Assembly (NCBI RefSeq): GCF_000012805.1
Contig: NC_007484.1
Coordinates: 3,060,001 to 3,092,000, forward strand
Direction: 5' to 3'
DNA from: Nitrosococcus oceani ATCC 19707
Lineage (GTDB): Bacteria; Pseudomonadota; Gammaproteobacteria; Nitrosococcales; Nitrosococcaceae
DNA: 32,000 nt
Part shown: piece by piece, positions 27,121-32,000 of the stretch
Layout of the letters: each line of letters opens with the position of its first letter
Numbering within the stretch: the first letter of the stretch is position 1
Notes under the pieces: model-generated
Told to the model about the DNA's origin: nothing
The model's database searches: none
Seen by the model: the letters and a program-made list of their open reading frames with translations, nothing else
Program-made: the position numbers and the translations under genes

Positions 27121-30021
27121 CTATCCTACACGCCTATCATGACCATCAAGGAGCCCGTCCTCGTCGCGGTCAATACCCATCCGTACACCGGAACCAGGAG
27201 GCGCGCAAGTGTAAGTGAGCTCTCCGTAAGGCAAGTACGCCGTGGCACGGAGGAGAAAGTCCGAGACAGAAGGTATCCACCGATATGAACCCCTGAACTT
27301 TCCTTTTCCAATATAGAGAAAACTGCCCCAGCGATTTTTTGCCACTAAATCACAGGCTTTTGCCTCGGCTTGCGCAATAAGCAAATCGATGCGCGCTCCT
27401 ACTTCCGCTCCATTCGAGTGGGTAAGGGTAACTTGCTGACCCACAATGGGGGCAAGGTTACTGTCGAAGGCAAGCAGAAATGCTTCCAATTCCCGGCGTT
27501 GAGCGATGCCTTCCGGAGTGAGGGGCAGACCGCCAAGATTACCCGGATCGGGCACCATGTCAGGGGGCGTGCGGGGATCGAGGCTGGGGATCGTGCCCGG
27601 CTCCCGTGCTGCGAAGACCGCTCCACTTAAAAAGCGAAATACCGTATCCGTACTGCCGTCATGAAGGAAACCAAAACCCCGGACCTGGGGCCCCATGGAA
27701 CCATTATTGGCGAGCGGAGCGAAAATCAGGCTTCCCAGGGGCGCGGGTTGGGAGGGATCAAACGGAGGAGGCGAGGGAGGCGGTGGCGGGGCCATGCCAA
27801 ACATCCCCACTTTCTGGTAGAGATTGCGCAGGTGGGGAATTTTAAAGAACTGGGACTCCCCCTCGAAGGAAAATTGACCGTCGGTACCGAAGAACCCCGG
27901 CTTCTTCACCTCAACGAATTCCCGGTTGCCGTCCGGGTCCAACACATGACAGCCGTTGCAACTCAAAAAAGTATCGGAGGGCTGTTCCCTGAAGTAAAAA
28001 TCCTGTCCGGCCTGTTGCTGCTCCGTAAGAGAGTTGTCAAGGTTACGAATAGGATTGGGCGGATAGGTGATTTCCAAAACAAAATCAGTAAACTGCTGCA
28101 TCTCTTCCTCGGGAATAAAATCATGCCGTCCATTAAGGCTCATGAAGGCGACATTGAACTTGCGAAAAGCAAGATCCTCATCGAATGAACCTCCATTGGG
28201 CTGCGCGTTTGGCCCGGCGGATTCTCCCAGTATGGCCTCATTGCCGCCGGTGCGATCACCCCGCCAGTGCATGGACCCGTGATTATCCAGACCACGCAAG
28301 CTTTGGGTAGTCATGGGGCCCTTCATGGGGCGAAAGTGGGAATTTTCCGCTCGTCCCCGCAGGAGGAAAAAGCCGACCCCCTCACTGACGCGGAAGGGGC
28401 CAGTATTCAGGGTCTCCACATCGTCCGGATCACCCAAATCCCACGCTAACCCATCGAAATCACCAAAGACGTGGCAACTAGCGCAAGCGGAATCCCCATG
28501 ACTGGAAGTGAAAGAAGCGTCATAGAGAAATCGCCGCCCCGCTACAATATGCGCAGGTTCCGGGTTGTACATGGCAATATGGCTCACCTCGCTGCGATTC
28601 GCCGTATCAATAATCGAGATGGAGTTATCGAAGCGAGTCAGCACATAAAGCCGGCCCCGGACCTCATCCAACACGATGCCACTAGGGCCGCCGCCTGAAA
28701 CCGGAATCTGATTGGCCGGATCGGGAATAAAAGTATCATCCTCCAGCTTGCTCGTTTCATAGACCGCGATTTCGCTGGTACCAAAGGCCGTCACATAGAG
28801 GATCGAACCATCCTGGGTCAGCGCCATATCCTGGGGAAAGGCAATGCTAGTATCGTTCTCTTCATTGGGAATGGGGGCACAACATTGGCTGTAGTCAATG
28901 TGTTTGTTCAAGTGCCGCGGTTCAACCCGAGCCTTGCGACCCAGAACGGTAATATGGCTTTCATGAAGATGGCCCCGCACCGTACGGCCTCCCGAGAATA
29001 TTCCCGCCCCCTCGAAACGATTCTGATTCTGAGCCTCAGTATTCGATACGTACACCACGCCGCTGACCGGGTTCACAATCATGTTGAAAATGACTGTACC
29101 GACACCGCTGTAAGCGCCGCCCTCCACTTCTCTAGGAGGATTGGCCATGGCGTCAATGGTAAACACATCCTGATCGGGAAGCGTGAAGGGGACCAGATCA
29201 TCCCACTGCTGCCCTAACTCATCCACCCAGTGAGCGCCATCGTATTTTACAATCAATCCTACCGTGGGCTGGAGAATACCCTCGTGGTTGGTGAGCGGCC
29301 CTGGATAGATCCGAGGATCAGGTGGAGCAATGGCCTGGCGCACCAAAAACTCATTGAGAGTCGTCGTCCGGTTGCCAGTGTGGAAACCGGCGGCATACAC
29401 CAAAGCGCCATCCGGAGTCGCGGCCAAGGCCCGAGGCGTATCCGTGAAAAGAGTGAGCACAGTAAGCGGCTCCCCCTCCAGGGAATCGCCTAGCTGGTTG
29501 GCGTCAAATACCCACACATCCGCCCGCCCCACGCCGGGGGTAGTGAGCTGGGGATCGCGCCCGGTATTTTGGCCACGGTGGGCAGTGGTAATAAATGCCC
29601 GCCCCCGATCCGGGCCTGCGAATACAATATCCCGCGGCTCATCGCCGACCAGGAGTGTGCGTACCACACGACGGAAACGTGGCCGGTGTACATCGACAAT
29701 GCTAACGCTGTCCGAGAGATGATTGACGACCCATACCTCCCTATTAGAGCGGGCCGCAACGGCAACCGGCTCCAGGCCCACGGGAATGGAGTCGATATGC
29801 CGCAAACCCCGCTTGCGGACTCGAAATATCTCAAGCCGGTTATCCGGCGTATTAACGGCAAAAAGATGGCGGCCATCGGGTGACAGCGCCAAGGGGCGTA
29901 CCTGGCCGCTTTCGAATACAGTAATTTCAGACTGGGCGGGCGAAATAGCGATCATGCTTACGAGCATCACGCCAAACATCACCCAGAGAAAGAATTTGGG
30001 ACGGGAAAAGAAAATTGTCAT
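27121..30021 (-). CDS. Secreted 966-aa protein: N-terminal YVTN-type beta-propeller plus C-terminal di-haem cytochrome c peroxidase/MauG-like region
   Basis: - Signal peptide: [22 protein letters not shown].
- YVTN-like blades: [71 protein letters not shown].
- Two CXXCH motifs: CASCH (28471-28485) and CNGCH (27946-27960).
- CCP-like motifs: SLRGL...HWRGD and IPHLRNLY...GFLHDGS.
- In-frame PPPPPSPPP linker at about 27758-27795.
- GGAGG RBS 8 nt upstream of the ATG. Confidence 0.85.
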   Translation of the reverse strand: MTIFFSRPKFFLWVMFGVMLVSMIAISPAQSEITVFESGQVRPLALSPDGRHLFAVNTPDNRLEIFRVRKRGLRHIDSIPVGLEPVAVAARSNREVWVVNHLSDSVSIVDVHRPRFRRVVRTLLVGDEPRDIVFAGPDRGRAFITTAHRGQNTGRDPQLTTPGVGRADVWVFDANQLGDSLEGEPLTVLTLFTDTPRALAATPDGALVYAAGFHTGNRTTTLNEFLVRQAIAPPDPRIYPGPLTNHEGILQPTVGLIVKYDGAHWVDELGQQWDDLVPFTLPDQDVFTIDAMANPPREVEGGAYSGVGTVIFNMIVNPVSGVVYVSNTEAQNQNRFEGAGIFSGGRTVRGHLHESHITVLGRKARVEPRHLNKHIDYSQCCAPIPNEENDTSIAFPQDMALTQDGSILYVTAFGTSEIAVYETSKLEDDTFIPDPANQIPVSGGGPSGIVLDEVRGRLYVLTRFDNSISIIDTANRSEVSHIAMYNPEPAHIVAGRRFLYDASFTSSHGDSACASCHVFGDFDGLAWDLGDPDDVETLNTGPFRVSEGVGFFLLRGRAENSHFRPMKGPMTTQSLRGLDNHGSMHWRGDRTGGNEAILGESAGPNAQPNGGSFDEDLAFRKFNVAFMSLNGRHDFIPEEEMQQFTDFVLEITYPPNPIRNLDNSLTEQQQAGQDFYFREQPSDTFLSCNGCHVLDPDGNREFVEVKKPGFFGTDGQFSFEGESQFFKIPHLRNLYQKVGMFGMAPPPPPSPPPFDPSQPAPLGSLIFAPLANNGSMGPQVRGFGFLHDGSTDTVFRFLSGAVFAAREPGTIPSLDPRTPPDMVPDPGNLGGLPLTPEGIAQRRELEAFLLAFDSNLAPIVGQQVTLTHSNGAEVGARIDLLIAQAEAKACDLVAKNRWGSFLYIGKGKFRGSYRWIPSVSDFLLRATAYLPYGELTYTCAPPGSGVRMGIDRDEDGLLDGHDRRVG

Positions 30022-30340
30022 TGCGGATTCCTCCTCTGTGGAGGCTAGCTATACATTATAAGGAAAAAATCCCAGCGCTTCATAAAGAATTTGGAAACCA
30101 TACGGTTTATTTAGCAAACGCTAATAGCGTCTTCGCTATATAAAAATTATAGTAGTAGCTAATCAACTTCGTTGTGACAATTTACCCTCAATTTTGTGAT
30201 TTTTTATCGGTTTTATTGCTTCGTTTTTATAATCAAAGATCAAGGGATTGTTTACGATGAATCACTCCCATTATGAATAGGTTGATTACCCCTAAAGCCC
30301 GGGGAAAATTGAGGATAAAACTTATGAATATTAGGGGACC

Positions 30341-31588
30341 ATGCCAATGGACTTCTCTGCACAGGCCACGTTAGCCGTCTGCCATCACTGCGACTGGGTG
30401 ATGACCTTGCCACGACTACGGGCGGGCGAGACCGCTTGCTGCCCCCGATGCGAACACAAGTTACCTGGCCAACAGCACACTTCAATTCAAAGCCAACTTG
30501 CCTGGGCCAGCGCGGCATTAATCATGTTGGCAGCCGCGATCGCCTTTCCCTTCGTGAGCTTCGAGGTACAGGGGATTAAACACACCATTATCGTGGCAGA
30601 TACCGCACTAGCCCTCTTTGACTACGATTTTCCATTCTTGGGACTGGTTGTGCTTACGACCACGATTTTGTTGCCAACCGCCTATCTACTGGTCCTCCTT
30701 TATCTCCATGGAGTGCTGGCTTCGGGCCGCCGTCCCATGGGGGCGCAAACACTAGCGCGGCTACTGACAAGCATCAAACCTTGGGTGATGAGCGATGTGT
30801 TTGTGGTCGGGGTGCTAGTGAGCATGATCAAGGTGCTCTCCCTGGCGAGTCTGCAGCTCGGTCCTGCATTCCCGGCGTTTTGCGCCTATGCCGTGTTGCT
30901 GTTGAAGTCCATCTCTAGCTTCGATCCTGGAACCTTGTGGACGGCTATCAGTGGCCCGGTCGATCCTCCGGTTGATCTTGCCCCCGGCAGTCCTGCGGCT
31001 ACTCAAGGAGCCGCAGGCTGCACCCGCTGCAATGCCATCGTCAATACTGCCAGCCAGACACGCTGCCCACGTTGCGGCTACCATCCTATCGCGCCCAACC
31101 CGCGCCGCTTGCAAGCAACCTGGGCATTGCTCATCGCAGCAGGCATCTTGTATATTCCAGCCATGGCCTATCCCATCATGATCACCACCGAGCTCGGTAG
31201 AACCTCACCACAGACCGTAGTGGGCGGCGCCCGGCTTTTGCTGGAGACCGGTTCCTGGCCCATCGCCCTGATAATCTTTACGGCGAGCATTGTGGTGCCT
31301 ATCGGTAAGGTGCTCGCTCTTGGCTGGCTTTGTTTGCAGGCACAAGCGGGTACCGGGCGCAGCGCCTATGACCGACTCAGGCTGTACCGGCTTGTCGAGG
31401 CAATCGGCCGCTGGTCGTTCCTCGACGTATTTGTAGTTGCCCTGTTGACCGCCCTCATTCAGGCAGGTGAGCTTATGCGCGTACAGCCCAGCCCCGGTGT
31501 GGTTATCTTTGCAATTGTGGTGATCCTCACCATGCTGGCGGCAATGGCCTTTGACCCCCGCCTGATTTGGCGGGTCCATGAAAAATGA
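30341..31588 (+). CDS. pqiA: Paraquat-inducible protein A (PqiA) family inner-membrane protein
   Basis: 415 aa with two PqiA modules, each carrying a CxxC...CxxC zinc-ribbon-like motif (CHHCD...CPRCEH; CTRCN...CPRCGY) followed by TM helices. The stop overlaps the pqiB start (ATGA at 31585-31588). Confidence 0.9.
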   Translation: MPMDFSAQATLAVCHHCDWVMTLPRLRAGETACCPRCEHKLPGQQHTSIQSQLAWASAALIMLAAAIAFPFVSFEVQGIKHTIIVADTALALFDYDFPFLGLVVLTTTILLPTAYLLVLLYLHGVLASGRRPMGAQTLARLLTSIKPWVMSDVFVVGVLVSMIKVLSLASLQLGPAFPAFCAYAVLLLKSISSFDPGTLWTAISGPVDPPVDLAPGSPAATQGAAGCTRCNAIVNTASQTRCPRCGYHPIAPNPRRLQATWALLIAAGILYIPAMAYPIMITTELGRTSPQTVVGGARLLLETGSWPIALIIFTASIVVPIGKVLALGWLCLQAQAGTGRSAYDRLRLYRLVEAIGRWSFLDVFVVALLTALIQAGELMRVQPSPGVVIFAIVVILTMLAAMAFDPRLIWRVHEK

Positions 31589-32000
31589 GCGACTTGCTGA
31601 CTGAGGCCAAGATACGCCCGCCGCGGCGGATAAAGCTCTCGCCAGTCTGGCTGGTCCCCCTCGCAGCTGCACTGATCGGCGCGTGGCTGGTGTATCAGAA
31701 TATTGCATCTCAAGGTCCGGAGATCATATTGCAGCTCGACAACGCCGAAGGTGTGGAAGCTGGTAAAACAGTGGTTAAACTACACAATGTGGATGTGGGA
31801 CTGGTGGAGAAGGTACGCTTGTCCAAGGATTACACGGGAGCCATCGCCGAGGTGCGCATGAAGGCGGATATGGACCCTCTATTGGTGGAGGATACCCAAT
31901 TTTGGGTGGCCAAACCCCGGGTGGGACGGGAAGGTATTAGCGGCCTGAGCACAATCCTCTCTGGCGTCTATATCCAGATGCGCCCAGGCAACGCTCAAGA
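31585..32000 (+). CDS. pqiB: PqiB (MCE-domain intermembrane transport protein), 5' part; continues off the right edge
   Basis: My own translation, MSDLLTEAKIRPPRRIKLSPVWLVPLAAALIGAWLVYQNIASQGPEIILQLDNAEGVEAGKT...FWVAKPRVGREGISGLSTILSGVYIQMRPG, is collinear with the E. coli PqiB N-terminus (SPVWIFPIVTALIGAW...QGPEV...AEGIEGGKT...FWVVKPQIGREGISGLGTLLSGVYIELQPG). Confidence 0.85.
   Translation, partial: MSDLLTEAKIRPPRRIKLSPVWLVPLAAALIGAWLVYQNIASQGPEIILQLDNAEGVEAGKTVVKLHNVDVGLVEKVRLSKDYTGAIAEVRMKADMDPLLVEDTQFWVAKPRVGREGISGLSTILSGVYIQMRPGNAQ

Noticed and set aside
27758-27795. GC-rich ggaggaggcgagggaggcggtggcgg stretch that looked like a simple-sequence repeat
   Set aside because: It is in frame in the 966-aa gene and encodes the PPPPPSPPP linker. 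It is not a tandem DNA repeat of a fixed unit.
27661-28188. 175-aa + strand ORF (and several 60-130-aa ORFs on both strands) inside the propeller/di-haem gene. Similar nested ORFs occur in tmcA (6340-7695), xfp (22701-24856) and pqiA (30815-31708).
   Set aside because: They are shadow ORFs of long, relatively GC-rich genes. Their translations are Arg/Pro/Gly-rich with no motifs, and each is fully contained in a gene with strong family signatures.
1-32000. Scan for CRISPR arrays, IS/transposase or integrase genes, tRNA/rRNA genes, and toxin-antitoxin pairs
   Set aside because: I saw no regularly spaced repeats, no transposase- or integrase-like translations in the track, and no cloverleaf-compatible sequence in the intergenic regions. 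The only exact long repeat found by eye is the 59-bp pair at 1-59 and 788-846. A manual scan cannot exclude short or degenerate repeats.

Overview
The window looks like a proteobacterial, probably gammaproteobacterial, chromosomal segment. It is densely coding, and I cannot name the species from sequence alone. I saw no rRNA, tRNA, CRISPR array, IS element or integrase.

Recognisable genes, left to right:
- Two tandem glycine-zipper membrane-protein paralogues. The left one is cut by the window edge.
- A P-loop NTPase followed by a MetA-family homoserine O-acyltransferase.
- An MBL-fold hydrolase and a Sel1-repeat protein.
- tmcA (tRNA(Met) cytidine acetyltransferase).
- A roughly 644-aa aconitase.
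- An uncharacterised pair: a small winged-helix-like protein plus a roughly 1100-aa protein carrying two separate P-loop ATPase modules.
- A TRL-like lipoprotein.
- A more GC-rich block: alanine/glycine:cation symporter, gamma-glutamylcyclotransferase-like protein, a hypothetical, metY, a ypfJ-like Zn-peptidase, and ackA-xfp (acetate kinase and phosphoketolase).
- A sucrose-phosphatase-like HAD-IIB hydrolase fused to a YcgL domain.
- A YihY/BrkB-family membrane protein.
- A 966-aa secreted beta-propeller protein with a di-haem (2x CXXCH) peroxidase/MauG-like C-terminal half.
- pqiA, and the start of pqiB.

The best candidate for an undescribed system is the two-gene module at 10674-14649. It has no recognisable effector domain and is followed by an AT-rich, ORF-poor spacer containing an orphan terminator. 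Secondary points of interest are the HAD-YcgL fusion, the propeller/di-haem protein and the 59-bp perfect repeat shared by the tandem paralogues.

All functional calls rest on motifs I recognise in the supplied translations. No database search was run.
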